From: Protoeuglena noctilucae
Lineage: Eukaryota
DNA: 64,000 bases
Reading direction: 5' to 3'
Assembly: GCA_958009085.1 (NCBI GenBank)
Contig: OY253682.1
Span: 310,001-374,000, forward strand
The position numbers and the translations under genes were made by a program. The notes below the pieces were generated by a model, which was not told where the DNA came from, did no database searches, and was given only the letters and a program-made list of their open reading frames with translations. Below are positions 49,265 through 62,094 of the stretch, in pieces (the stretch's first letter is position 1; each line of letters starts with the position of its first letter).

Positions 49265-52200
49265 ATGAAGCTGTTGGGCACCATCCTCAGCCTGTCTAGC
49301 GACCTCGTGGACACGTGCTACGCTGCCGGGGTCGAGCCCGCGGGCGCCGGCGACGCGCCCAAGGCTAGCCGGCTGCGGAGTGTGAAGGATGCTGGGCAGG
49401 ACGAGAGTTTGAGAGCCTCGCAGCCGGGCGAGGGGCATGGCTCTTGCGGGCTCTGCGGGGTCGAGGGCTTCGCAAGCCGGGAGGAGCAGATTGCGCACTA
49501 CAAGGGCCGGTGGCATGTCCACAACGTGCGCTCGCGCGTGCGGGGCCGCGCTCCGATCAGGCGAGACTGCGCGGGCGGCAGAACATGTAGCTGGTTCGCC
49601 GTTCTGTCAGCTCGCATGCACCTGCGCGCGACTTGAAGTGCGGGCGAGGCGTAAATCCGTCCGGGACGACAGCCGTGCTGCATCCTGCCTGCTCTGGAGC
49701 ACTGTTCAGGATGGCGTTTGCGTATCGCCTTCGATGCAGCGAGGACGAGTACGCGGCGCTTTTCGAGTCCCGCGCGGAGGACGGCTCGTCGTCGAGTGGC
49801 GAGTCCACGAGCGGTTCCGAGGACGAGGTGGACGATTTGTACAATGCTTCGCGGTCAGAACCAAGCGTCGGCATTTCGCTGGTGCGTGCGCATTTTGCCA
49901 CCCAAAGGCCGCGCCCCCGCGCCGGGGGGCGTCTGGATAGGCACGTGTCTGCTTTCGTCCCGCACTCAGGGTTCCGAGGCCACAGGCGTCGATTGGCGGG
50001 ACCAGGCGGCACGAGCTGTCCTAGTCGCGCCCGGTGAGCGCGCTTCCCAGTATCTGCGCAGCTCTGTCGTCGCCATCTCGTCTGTGCCCGTCACCCCTGC
50101 CCTCTCGCTTCCCAGGCCAGCCGCCCAGAGCGTTTGTCCTGTACCGTGCGGCCCTCCCGCCGCCTTCCGGGACCGTGGCAGAGGCCGGATGGGAGGCTGC
50201 GGCTCTCCGTGCCGTGGCGGGGGGCCTCGTGCAGACGTGGGTGGTCGTGCTGGCCCGTGGCGGTCACTTCGCGGCGGCCGTGTTTGAGGTCGCCGCTGGG
50301 AAAGAGCACCAGCAGCGGACGCGAAGCGGAGCCGTGGAGGACACAGGTGGGACCTGGGTGCACAATACCCTGGGGGGGAGGGGCGCCGTTTTTGACGCCC
50401 GCATCGTAATGGAGAGCAGCGTTGCCACAGCGGGCGCATGGTGGCACGCGCTGGTTCTCCTTGGGATTCTCCTGTCCTTCGTGCGTCCCTGAAACCGTGT
50501 GTCCCTCTTGCTCGCTGCAGGTGTGCCCGGCGTGGTGTGCCTTGCGCACCGGGCCATCCACCGCTACGTGGTGCGGGCCAAGCAGGGCGGCAGGCAGTCC
50601 GTGAAGGACCAGGCGAAGCCGGGCATCAAGTCCATGGGATCGCAGCTGCGGCGCCACAACGAGGAGGCGCTCGCCAGGGACATCACGAACGTGCTGCTGT
50701 CCTGGCAGGCGCACGTGGCCAGGGCACACCGCATCCTCCTGCAAGTGGTGACCGCGACTGGCGATGCAATCGAACCTCCGGCGTTTGCTACCAACTTGCT
50801 TATCCGCCCCTCTCCCTGTGCTTGCTGTGCCATGCCTGTGTAGCATAGCGACATCCTCAACCACAGCCCACCCTCGTGTCCCGCCCCACTCTTCAGAGCC
50901 GCGCCGACCGCCCCGCCGTCCTCGCCGGTCTGCCCCCCTCGGACCCTCGCCTGACGCGAGTGCCATTCTCGGCAGGGCGCCCCACGTATGCCGCCACCGT
51001 CGCTGCGGCTGCCGAGCTCCTCCGCGTCCGCGAGTGCGCCCTCCCCGGCAGCTCAGACCCGAGCCAAGCCGCGTCGACGCTGGCGAAGGATCGCGCCGCG
51101 GGCGGTGCAGTGTCGGCGGCTTCAGGAGCGGAGGGCGACGGGAGGGCAGCTCGCGCTGGGCGGGGAGTGGGGGCGGGTCAGAGAGGTGCGGGTAGGGCGG
51201 GGGCGGAGACGTCTGGGCGGAAGGGGGCTGGCGAGGATGTCCATAACGGTGTCAATCCAGCAGCAGAACCGCGGTCGGTAAGGGATGGCGTTCATGACGT
51301 TGCGTCTGCGGGCGGTGCTGGCAGCATCGAGGCATCAGAGGGCGCAGGGGAGGCTGGCGTCGAGGAGAGGCGGGGCAAGAGCAACCGGCAAAGGTGAATG
51401 TGGATGCGTGCAAGAGCTGCCACGTCAGGTTTCAGGTTCTTACGGACCCGCTTTAGTTTGCAAGAACCCACCCCTGACGCAGGGCCGCCGAGAGGGCTGC
51501 CAAGCGGCGCGAGAGGGAGCAGGCGCGGCAGGCGGAGTATCGGGAGGCCAGGCAGGCTGCCGCGTCTGCGGGTGAGTGAGCCGTTGAGCCAGCTCTGGAT
51601 TGCTGCAACACATGACACGCATGTGTCATGGCGTAACACACTCCACCATGTTAGAGATGTCATGTTCGAGTCGGCTTGTGCCTTGCAGCCCTGAACCCGG
51701 TGGCCCCAGCCCCGCCTGGTGGGGAGGACGAGGTCGACGTGGCTGCCCGACAAGCGGCCCGGGAGGCGGCGAGGAATCCGGCCGCGTATCGCGTGGGGAA
51801 CTTCTTGGGCGGTCCAAGTCGCGGGCCGGGCTCGGGTCGCGGCGCGGCACCTGCCCGGCAACCGCAGCTATCGTCCCACGCGCTGGGGGATGTGTCGGCA
51901 GATGAAGAGGACGAGGCACTGCAGATGGCCATCCTGATGAGCCTGAACAATGGAGAGGCGGCGGGGGCCGGAAGTGGGGTTGCGGGGGGTCCGGGGCAGG
52001 GGCGCGGGAAGGGTGGGGCAGGCGACAGGGACGGGGCAGGAAGCCGGGGGGCGCCGGCCGCTGGGAGACGGCGCGGAGGCGCGGGAACGGGCGCGGGAAC
52101 GGGCGCGGGGTCGGCGGTGGATCCACGGGAGGACCGTCGAAGGAGGTGAGTGCGTGTTATGAGTGTCGTGTCGGGTGTGAGGTGGCCTATCGTGCTGTGG

Positions 52201-52303
52201 AAGACACCATGACGCCCGAGAGCGTCGCGGTTGCAGGATGCTCGAGGCGGCGGAGGCCAGGATGCGTTCAATGAGCGTAAGGCAGGAAGGGGACGCAACA
52301 TGA
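49265..52303 (+). CDS. ANKZF1: ANKZF1/Vms1-like ribosome quality-control factor (C2H2 finger, VLRF1 domain, C-terminal VIM)
   Basis: SCGLCGVEGFASREEQIAHYKGRWHVHNVR; WVVVLARGGHFAAAVF; HRAIHRYVVRAKQGGRQSVKD...KSMGSQLRRHNEEALARDI; DPRLTRVPFSAGRPTY. Last exon RRRRMLEAAEARMRS...GDAT*. Confidence 0.85.
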
Positions 52304-52409
52304 GCGAGCGGCTTGCAAGCGTGCATGCGTTCGTGATGAGGTTTGCGCAAGCGAGGCAGCAAGCGAGGCACCAGGCGCTTTCCTTGAAGCGTCGTCAAGC
52401 GACGGAGCT

Positions 52410-53821
52410 TCACTGCTTGACGTAGCCGACGAAGTACTCCTTCACCTGGTCGAATACGCCGTCGGGGTGCTGCGGTGGCAACAACGAGGCGCGGAGAGGT
52501 TCCGGGACACTGTTACTGATGGCGGAGAGCAGATATTATATGCAGTTCACTGGATCAAACGCGCGATGGTGCGCAAGCATGCTCAGCGGCGCACCTGAGG
52601 GCCGTAGAAGCCCTCCGTGGCCTCAGCCCCGGCGTGCTGCATCAGCGCGGCGTCGCCGCCGGGGTGCTCGTCGATGAACTTGGTGAGGTCGTAAATCTTG
52701 AGCTTGCGCTTCGGGTCGGCCTCCTTGCGGTCCTGCGCGCGGCGCGGGTGCACTTGCGGGCTCGCATGCACGAGCACGGACGCGCTGCCCGGCAGCCAAA
52801 GACGCTTAATCAAACGAACGTCGGTATCGCAATGTATCGAAGATTACGCGAAGGAATTGACAGCAGCGATCGCTGGCTTCCGCGGCGCGCAGAACTGCCG
52901 TCCCTGCCCCCCACCTCGATGATCAGCCACAGCGAGTCCGTCGTGTTGTGCTCCGCGACCTGCTGCACAGTGTAGAACTTCTCCTCCTCCTTCTTCTCCT
53001 CCTTGGCCTCGGCCTTCTTCTCCTTGGCGGGCCTGGCGGGAGCCTGCGACCCCTCCACCATGTCGCCCAGCTTCCAGAGGATGATCGTGAGGACCATGCA
53101 CAGCACCAGGAACATGATCGTACCGGCGTTGGCCCCGAGCGCGCCGGGGAGCTTTTGCAGGAACTGCGGGGGGCTCCGCGCGCGGGCCTTGGCGCCTTGG
53201 CGCAAATGGTAGTTTGAAAGCGGCCGCGGAGACGCCCGTCCGCCCGGGGTGCTCACCAGGGGCGTGTACCTCCTCAACGCGTTCTCGAGCGTGGGAAAGA
53301 TCGGCTTGATGTCGACGGCGGCCACTTTCGCGGCGGTGATGGCCGCGCCCTTGCCACCTGCCGCGGCCCCCGCCGCGCCGCCCGCCGCAGCTTTCCCGGC
53401 GCCGGTCACCGCGCCGGTTGCGGCGCCCGAGGCGGGACCCGCAGCGCCAGCCGTGCCCTTCGCAGCCGTGCCAGCAGCGCCCGCGGCCCCGCCCGTCGCC
53501 GCTGCCGTGCCGGCCTTGGCTGCGGCAGGGGCAGCCCCCGCGGCGGTCCCCGCGGCGCCGGCCGTGCCCTTCGCAGCCGTGCCTGCCGCGGCAGGGGCGC
53601 CCGCAGCCGTCGCCTTGGTGGCCGTGTCCATCGTGGCCTTGGTGGCCGCCCCGCCCGCAGCGGCGCCCGTCGTCGCCTTCGCAGCGCTCGCTGTCGCGGG
53701 CGCAGCAGAACCAGCAGCCGCGGTCTGCGAGGCGACAGGCACATGCTCAACAGTCACATGGCGAGGAGATCAAACACGCATGGCATCCATGAATGTCTGT
53801 TGAGACGCTGCTCACCGACAT
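52410..53821 (-). CDS. Cytochrome b5-like heme-binding protein with N-terminal Ala-rich region and TM anchor
   Basis: MS|TAAAGS... Ala-rich region, [20 protein letters not shown], then [21 protein letters not shown]|..[54 protein letters not shown]. Confidence 0.85.
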
Positions 53822-54249
53822 CGTGCTTGCCCGGAGTTCTGCTCGTAGGTCCGACGAGAACCTGAGAAGCGTGGGCTCGGGCGAGGGACGGCGTGCGCCA
53901 AAAGCGAGGATCCGCGCTCCTCTGACGGTGCGCTGGCAAGTGACGCCAGTCCTGCTTTTGACCGGGGGGCTCATCCGCGCAGTAGCATGCATCACTCGTC
54001 CCAACATCGCGAAATCTACCTGCCATACAACCTGACCTTCGTTTCCGCCGCCGGAACGCGTCGAAATTGCTTCAACAGTCAGCACCCCACCTCCCGGCCG
54101 ATCGTGTCGTCGCCGCCGACCTTCCGAACCCGTTGCGGACTGTTTACTCTAAGCCATTTCAGGGGGCGGCACGAGGGGCGCAGGAGGCCCCGCAGAGGCG
54201 GGGAGGGGCTCGTGGCGCCAACCGCGCTGGGTGCCAGCGGCCGTGCGCC

Positions 54250-55594
54250 ATGAGATACAACGTGCGCGACCTCGCCCAGGGCTTCCTTTGCCCCATCTGC
54301 AAGGATGTGATGATTGAGCCCACGATGACGACCGACTGCGCCCACTACTTTTGCCGGTGACGTTTGCGTGCCTCTGCAGCAGGCCCTCCTCTCAGCGTCT
54401 GCATCCCGACGCGACGCGAATGCAGTCGTGCTTCTTTTATCGCAGCGCGTGCATCGATAAGTCGATGGAGGAGCAGCTGGAGGCCCTCGGGAGGGCCGCG
54501 TGCGTGGTGTGCGACGTGCCGCTCGTCAAGAACGCCCACGAGGCCAACAACGGCGGCCTCCGGTGTGTTTTTCGACTGGCCTACTTGGGGTATAGAAAGC
54601 CTGGCCTGGATCCCTGCGCCGACCCGGTAACGAGCTGCCGACGTTGTTCGCATCCGCAGATATGCTGCAAGGAAGGACTCGGTCATCAGGAAGCTCTTTC
54701 CCCGTCCAGACCTGTATGCGGCGGCCGACAAGGAGCGGGAGGAGAGGTGCGGATCGCTGCTGGGGCTCGGAAGACGAATGCGAAGCGTTGTGGCACCCGG
54801 CCGTGTCCAGAGGTTGCCAGAAGAAATTGACTCGCAAACTCACCTGTCGGCCCTGCTTGCGCTCGCAGGGAGGCGAAGCGCAGGGAGCTGAAGAGACTCG
54901 CGGGCGGGAACGACCCGAAGATGACAGAGGAGGAGTACTACCGGCGGCGGACGGGGACCGTGAGTGCTGATTTTCAAGGAGATTCTCTCGAATCTGCCCT
55001 GTTGCTCTGCACCAAGACCAGGGCCGTGTGCTTGTTACGCCACTTAATAGCCATGCTAACCTCGTCGCCCTGCGCAGAAGCGGATTGGCGTGGACAAGGC
55101 GCGGTTCAAGCCCGCACAGCAGAAGGCACTGCGCGGGGGGCTGATGAACTGCAAGGCCCTGGCGCTTTTCATGGTCCCCGACGAGGACGTCCGAACGCCC
55201 GCCGGCGAGCTCTCCCTCCCACGGCTGACCAAGTCGGTGTGGATGGTGCCCGCCAACATGCCTGTCGGCACCCTGCGCATCTTCCTCAAGCAGGTCCTGC
55301 CCGACCACCAGGTGCGTGAGATGAGAGAGGTCAGGACCAGATGGGTGCGTATCAGGCGCTCTTTATGCGACTGGTGCGGTTGCCGGGCGACTGCAGGTGA
55401 ACGCGGAGAGCGTGGTGCTCAGCTGCAACGGGGTGCAGGTTCAGGAGATGGACTGGACGGTCGGGTCGGTGCACGACCTCTACTGGAGGCCCTACTACTC
55501 GGAAGGCAGCACGATGGTCGTCCACTACGCCGATCCTGCACGCTGCGGGCCGGGGTCTGCACGGACCAGGGCGGCTGCTGCCGTGGCGACGTAG
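54250..55594 (+). CDS. RING finger plus RAWUL-like domain protein (PCGF/BMI1-like)
   Basis: C3HC4 RING CPICKDVMIEPTMTTDCAHYFC|SACI...ACVVCDV. C-terminal LPRLTKSVWMVPANMPVGTLRIFLKQVL..|..VVLSCNG...TVGSVHDLYW...MVVHY resembles RAWUL. Confidence 0.7.
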
Positions 55595-55884
55595 CTTGCT
55601 GCGTGCAGCTTGGTTTGGCTCGGCATCGTCCAGCGTTTGGTTTGCATTTGCACCGTGCAGGGTGGGACTGACGGTGCCGCTGTTGGTAATTGATGTGACG
55701 GCTTGAAGGCGGCCGACGCTACGCTGGCCTGTTGTTAGTCTGCATGTGAACTTGGCGTGCACGCCCGCGCGGGAGCTGGCGCCCCAGATTCCAGCTGCAA
55801 GCTCCTTGGAAGGGAAGTCGGGGCTGTGCGGAGGAACAGGTGTCCGGCGCCTGGGCCGGGCCCCGGGAGCTGAACTTGCCCAAC

Positions 55885-58800
55885 ATGATGCTCGATAAAC
55901 CAGAATGGGTGGTACACCCGGAGCGGCTCTCGTCCATCAACTCGGTCAGCATCGACTACAAGGTGGGAACCCCCGCCCTCGCGCTGCGGCCTTCGCAACC
56001 GCACTTTCACGGCATCGGACGCAATTGGACGTATTTAAACTTCGTGTCGCACTGGTCATCGTGGGCCATAGATGTCGCGGGGCGTCCCAGCGCCCACCAC
56101 GCAGCGCACAGCGTGTTCCGTGCCGCGCGCGTCTCACGTGGCTCGGCGTCTCACGCGTGGTGCGGCTTTGCGCACAGGGACATCGTGTGGCGACGGCGGG
56201 GGGGGAGAGGGTCGTCGTGTGGTCGCTGGGCCCCATCCTTCACGCAGCGCGCGAGGTGGCCGAGGATGTGTGAGTGCCCGCGCGCCCCGGAGCCTCGCCT
56301 GGGCCTCCTGCCCGTACCATCATACACATCTTAGGATCATAAGTGTCCCCGGGAGATGTTTGAGCGCTGTCGCCGACGCTGCGCTCCCATCTCGCGGCAG
56401 TAGTGCCACTCCCCAGCCCGGACTGCTCTGAGCTGGCGCTCCCTGCCCTTGTCCGGCGTTCCCAGGCACAAAACGCTCGCGACGCTGCGGGACCACACCG
56501 AGGTGGTCCACACGGTGCGGTTCGCCAGCCGGTCTTTGCAGCTGGCGAGCGGGAGTGAGGACGGCACCTGCCTGGTCTACGAGCTTCGCCCGGGCCCTGG
56601 CCCCAAGACGTTCGGCACGAAGGAAACAGCCAGCGTTGAGAACTGGCGGGTCAAGTGAGGCATTTGGCGGGCACGGGGTGGCATGAGCACGGGGTCACTA
56701 AAGACCTGACGCACCGTGCTTTCATTTTGCTACTTGCTGGTGGTGTGCTTTGGTGCCGTGCATACAACCATGTCTGAGGACCATGTCTGACCGAAGAGCA
56801 CGGTTCCTGCTTTGGACTGTCCAAAAATCTGAGGCTTTCAGAGACTTGGCTCCCCACTCACCCACCCCTCAGGCTGACCCTGAGGACCAAGACCCGTGGC
56901 GGTGATGAACGGCTCACCGCGGGTGTCCCCGCGGTAGCCTGGTCCGCCGACGACGCGCTCGTGGCCCTGGGATCCTTCGACAACACCGTGCTGCTGTTTG
57001 ACGCCAAGACAGGGGCGTCCGTGGCTACGCTGGGGTCACCGAGCCCCGAGCCGGGGGTTCCGGTGGACGTCGACGCTGCTGAGAGGCGGACGGGGCACTC
57101 AGGGCACGTGCGCGGACTCGCGTTCGACCCGGTGGGGAAGTACCTCGCCACGCAGGGCGCGGTGGACGGCAGCGAGCAGGGCGTGATTGTGTGGAACGCA
57201 GGTGAGTGCTTGGTGCAGTGGTGCAGAGCGTGCGGTGCATGCTGTGGTCATGGGCCATTGCACGCACCCCCTTTGCAGTGCGTCCCGCAATTGTACGGAC
57301 TTGGACCTCACTCACGCAGAGACGTGGACGGAGGAGGCGAGGGTCGTGTCCGTGTTTCAGGACGCGTGCGGGGTGACGTACTACCAGCGCCTGGCGTGGT
57401 CGACGGACGGATCGCGGCTGTGCGTGGTGGGGGCGCTGAGTCAAGGCAAGCCTGTGGTGGCGCTGCTGTTCCGGCGGGGCCTCGACACTGACGATCCCAA
57501 GTACCAGCCCTGGGGCCTGGACTTCACGGTGGCAGGCCACCGCCACAGCACGACCGCCGTGGCGTGCGGGCCGCGACTGACGGTCCGCAAGGACGGCGGT
57601 GGAGAGGGCATCCCAGGGTTCCTGACGGCAGTGGCCAGCATGGATCTCAAGGCGAGGGCCAAGCAGAGCACGTCTTTGTGGTCTGTGCTGGTGCTCCCTT
57701 TCTGCTGTCGTGGTGCGCGCGATGAGAGGCATGCCGTGATAGCCCCGGGGTTTTTGAGAGTGTTTCCGTTGCTCCCTTGTTGCATTGGCGCCCCAGTTGC
57801 TCCCTTGCTGCAAGGGCACCCCAGTTGTCCCTCTGTTGCAATGTCACCTCGGCCATACCATTGTCCACCATTGTCCACAGGTGTCGGTGTGGCACACGTC
57901 CCTGCCTCGCCCCGTGGTGGTGCTGAAGAACGCGTTCAAGCAGGCGGTGGTCGACCTGGCGTGGACCCCGGACGGCCGGACCCTCGTGGCGTGCTCGACG
58001 GACAACTCGATCGCGGTCATGCGGTTCGACGACGCAGAGATAGGCGTCCCCATGTCAGACAAGGAGATGGAGATCCACATGCGGGAGACGTACGGGGCCA
58101 GGCAGGGAACGGCACAGGCGCCCGTGCTCGAGGCACTGGCGGCAGGTGTCGGCACGGCAGGTGAACGGTCGACACCGGGGTGGGTGGGGGGCTATGCGGC
58201 ATCGCTTCCATGGGTGTGCTGGCCTGCATGAGTGTGCTGTCTTGCATCGGTGTGCTGTCTTGCGTCTGTGTATCGATGCATTACGTGCCCGGGACAGACA
58301 GCGCTTCCGCTGGCAGATGGCACGCGAAGTGGTGAACCATCGAGTACTCACACACTCGTCTGATCGCAGGCAACGGGGCGGCCAACGGAATGCCGGGGTC
58401 AGGGACCCCTCGGCCTGCTCAGGGAGCAGCCGCCAAGCGCATCGCACCTGTGAGCGTGGGGTCGGGTGGTGTGGCTGGGTCGGCAGGGGTGGGCCTGGAT
58501 GCGAGGCTGGGCAGGGGCAGGGACGCGTTCGGGACGCCCCGGCTGCCCCAGTCCGACAACCGCGTGCTGACTGCGCGCGCCGTCAACGTGGGGCCTCAGC
58601 CGGGGCCTGGGAGCGGGGCTGCTGGGGCGGCCAGGGTACCCGACAGCGCAGCGCCGGCGTCCGCGAATCCCGGGGCGGCCCCTGGGGGGCTCCTGCCCCT
58701 TCCCAAGGCGGTCAATCCATTGGTCGTTCCCATGGACAAGCCAAAGGCGGTCGACCAGGTGACTGCCGCTACGCTGTCTGTGCGACACGCTAGCCTATTG

Positions 58801-60709
58801 ACAGGTGACCAGTTACGTGGGCAGAACCCCACTCACAGCTGCTGTGTAGTTACTTATCCCTCACCAGTGTCACAATTGTTATTGCGTACCTTACCTTGTT
58901 GTTTGTCCTCTCAGAGTGCGGCCCCTGCGGCCCCGGCCGTCCACGGGACGGAGCTCCCGGGCAGCCCCGCCCCGCAGCCATCGGACTGCTACGTGGAGTT
59001 GGTGAGCGGGCGCGGGGCCCGGGGAGAGTGCTGCTCCGTGAAGCTGCTGCAGGGCGGGGAGGCCGCGTGGCAGGACATCGTGCAAGGGACGGGCGTGGCC
59101 GGGGCAGCCACGCGACGCTTCACGGCGGTGGGGACGTCCGACGGGGTCCTTCATGTCTTCACGCCGTGCGGGAGGAGAGCATTGCCGCGGGTACAGCTGG
59201 GGCTGCCGGCTGCGTATCTGGCCACAGGTGAGGGCGCGAGGATGGCGAGTTGATGGCAACTGGACTGCCGAGGTCACAGCAGGTGTTGGTGTGTGCCGGT
59301 GGGGTGCTGGTGGCTTAGGACTGTCGGGGTCATAGGCGGGTGGCAGTCAGGGCAAGTGATTACGCTCTTGTTGCCCGGCAGATGGTGATTGGCGGCTGGC
59401 GGTTCTCGGGGCCGACGGGTGGCTGACGGTGTGGGACATGGCGGCACGCAAGAGCACGCTGCGGGCGTCGGTGGCGGCGCTGGTGACGCCCCCGCGGTCA
59501 CCCGGAGACTTCGCCGGGATCGCGCTGGACCGGGATGGCCGCCCACGTGCCGTCGTGGGCTCGGAGGTCTTTATGTTCGACCCGGGGATGGGCGTGTGGA
59601 TGTGCCTGGCAGACCGCAACTTCCCGCTCAGCTCCTTCGCCGTGGCTGCCCTCGCCTCTGGCGACGAGGCCGGCATGGCTCGCATCGCGGAGCTTGACCC
59701 AGTGCCAGGTGATTGAGTGGCGGGGATGGTCGCGGTGGGATTGGGACGACGGGGTTGCGTAGGTGCCAGTGCATTGGATACCCGGCCCTCTCTCTGAGGA
59801 AAGAGCTCTCACCGTCGCGTGACCTCGCTTGTTGCCACTAGAAATTGACTTTTCCCGGTAATACCCAAGACACAGGGGGGCCTGGGCCATCTCTCGCCCA
59901 CCTCGCTGCCACCCTACCCCGCCACCACCCCTCGCTGCTGCCCCTCCCGCAGCACGGCACAACACCCGCGCTCACCTCGAGTCGCTCATGTCCACTGCCG
60001 CCCTCATCGGGGACGGGAAGGCGTACGCCCAGTGGCTGCGGACCTACGTCACGCTGCTGGCGTCTCACCAGGAGCTCAAGAGGCTTCAGGAGCTACTGGA
60101 GGTGAGGGGACGGTCGGCAGTCGCATGAACGAGTGCAGGGCTGTTCCACTCACACTGCCAGATGCTGCAAGCAGTAGGACATATGACTGAGCCAGTCGCG
60201 CATGCAGTCTGGCTGCGCATTGTGCACAGGCAGACGTCGCGAACGATGCCAGCCGCACTGTTGCCACCGCAGGATCTCTTGGGACCCTCCCCTGCGGAGG
60301 CGGGCCGCTTGGATGTGGAGATGGCGGATGACGACGACGCTGGCCCTTTAACGACGGGCGCCGAGAGGAACGGGGTGCTGGGGAAACGAGCGGGGCGAGA
60401 GGACTGGCAGTCGGGGGTCGGGGGTATCGACAAGGCATGGATGCTGAAACAGGCGAGGGAGAGAGAGAGGCTTTGCATGACCCACGGGACATGCTCGTGC
60501 GAGGCTGCAGAGCGTAGCGTCGAGGCATGCGATGCGCAACGATTGGCGGTGCCTGGATGCATGGGCTGGTGTTCCACACAGGTGTGTACGGTGCATGCGC
60601 GCAGGTCGCCCTGCCCGCCGCCATGTCTTCCCCTTCGTTCGCCAGTGATCGGGCCTTGGTGCGTCTCGTGACTGACATGACCGAGGCGATGGAGGAGAGG
60701 GGCCTCTAG
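55885..60709 (+). CDS. HIRA: HIRA histone H3.3 chaperone (WD40 + B-motif + Hira domain)
   Basis: MMLDKPEWVVH; LATLRDHTEVVHTVRFA..LASGSEDG..SVENWR; GHSGHVRGLAFDPVGKYLATQ; YQRLAWSTDG; PRPVVVLKNAFKQAVVDLAWTPDG; B-motif AKRIAPV; TPCGRRALP; TRAHLESL. Confidence 0.9.
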
Positions 60710-60816
60710 CAGCGTGCTGCGATCTGCAGTGCACACTGCATGCATCTCGTGGTCCATCTCTCGCGCGCTACGGGCCGCCCTTGGTCGCGTCTCGGCGCTC
60801 CTCTCCGCCATTCAAT

Positions 60817-61600
60817 TCATTCGTCGCTCTTAAACGGATACTCCTCAGGCTGGTGGGCCAGCAGGCGCACGCGCACCGAGTAGTTGGTGTCGCCCGCCAG
60901 CATGTCCCGCTCGAAGTGGCACTCGACGCGCACGTTGACTGCCTCGAGGCTGCCGCGGATGGCGCCGCAAAGGAGCTGGCTGAAGCGCAGGCCGTTGAGG
61001 TGGGGAGGGACCTCCGCAAAGTCCGCCAAAGGGTTCGTGTCAAACGCCACCGAGCACTCGGTCCCCTCCGCCGTCATCGCTCCGACCTGCGCCTGAACCC
61101 CGAGGAACATCCGAAGCCCCGCAGATACCGCCTCCATCGCCTCGCGGAAACTGCAGGCGTGAACGACAGAGCAGCGGCTTCGCGAGGGTCGCTGGGCGGG
61201 CGCCCCGGGAGGCCTCCGCGCCGCGTGGACACGCACCTCGCACACCGCTCCGTCCCTGAGCGCGCAAGGAACTCATCCACGATGCGCGCGCCGATGTTAT
61301 GGCCGATTTTGTCGAGCTGCTCGTTCACGCGCTCCACGTCGCCCAGGTCGTCCACGAGCTGCCGCACCTGTGCAGGGCAGCGACAAGCTGGTGGACGTTC
61401 ACATGCGCTTAGCACAGCGGCGCCCTTCATCGCTCATCGCTCGTCTCTGAGACGCGTCTCGAGCAGGTGGGAGGACGTGCCAGGGCGCCTGCCGGCGCCT
61501 GCGCACGCAATCTCACCAGAGCCCCATACGTCAGCGACAGGACTTCCGAGTTAATGGTTTCCAAAGTCCCGGGGACGAAAGCGCGCTGCTGGCGTGACAT
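60817..61600 (-). CDS. BET3: TRAPP subunit Bet3 (TRAPPC3)
   Basis: INSEVLSLTYGAL|VRQLVDDLGDVERVNEQLDKIGHNIGARIVDEFLARSG..|FREAME..GLRMFLGV..FDTNPLADFAEVP..LRFSQLLCGAIRGSLEAVN..EEYPFKSDE*. Confidence 0.95.
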
Positions 61601-62094
61601 CTCGCCGGGGTCGCCACGCGAGGCACTCCGCTGGGCCCCTGGAGGGGCCAGGAGGCTGAGGGGAGCCAGGCCGCGATCACAAGCAGCCGATGAAGTATCT
61701 GTCGTCCGCTCGCACGGGCCGTTGAGGTTTTTGATGCGCAGCTTAAGCTCTTAGAGCCGATGACTGCGATCTGGGAGCCTCAGCGAACGCAGCGCAAGAG
61801 TGTATCGGGGATGATGGTGGGAGGGGACTGCTGGTTGAGAACAGCCGGGCACTGGCACGGTGCGTGCCAGTACAGTACACACAATTACGTTCAACAGCGA
61901 CCCCGGTGACCCAGGTGCCAGCAGAAGGGCGATTCACTTGCACCGGGGTGTGGAAGACGGATACGTGTGCATGCCCGTGGTTTTACCAGCAGAGGGGACC
62001 GCAGGTTCGAACTTTTCCGTGGGGCGCAGCGAGATGGGATATCAGAGGATAGGATGCTGATTTCTCGCCGGTGTCGCCGCGTGCAGGGTTTAAA

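Noticed and set aside
54250..60709. Functional chromatin gene cluster (PCGF-like RING next to HIRA, CHD-like gene nearby)
   Set aside because: Adjacency in a compact genome is expected by chance, and no shared regulatory structure was seen.
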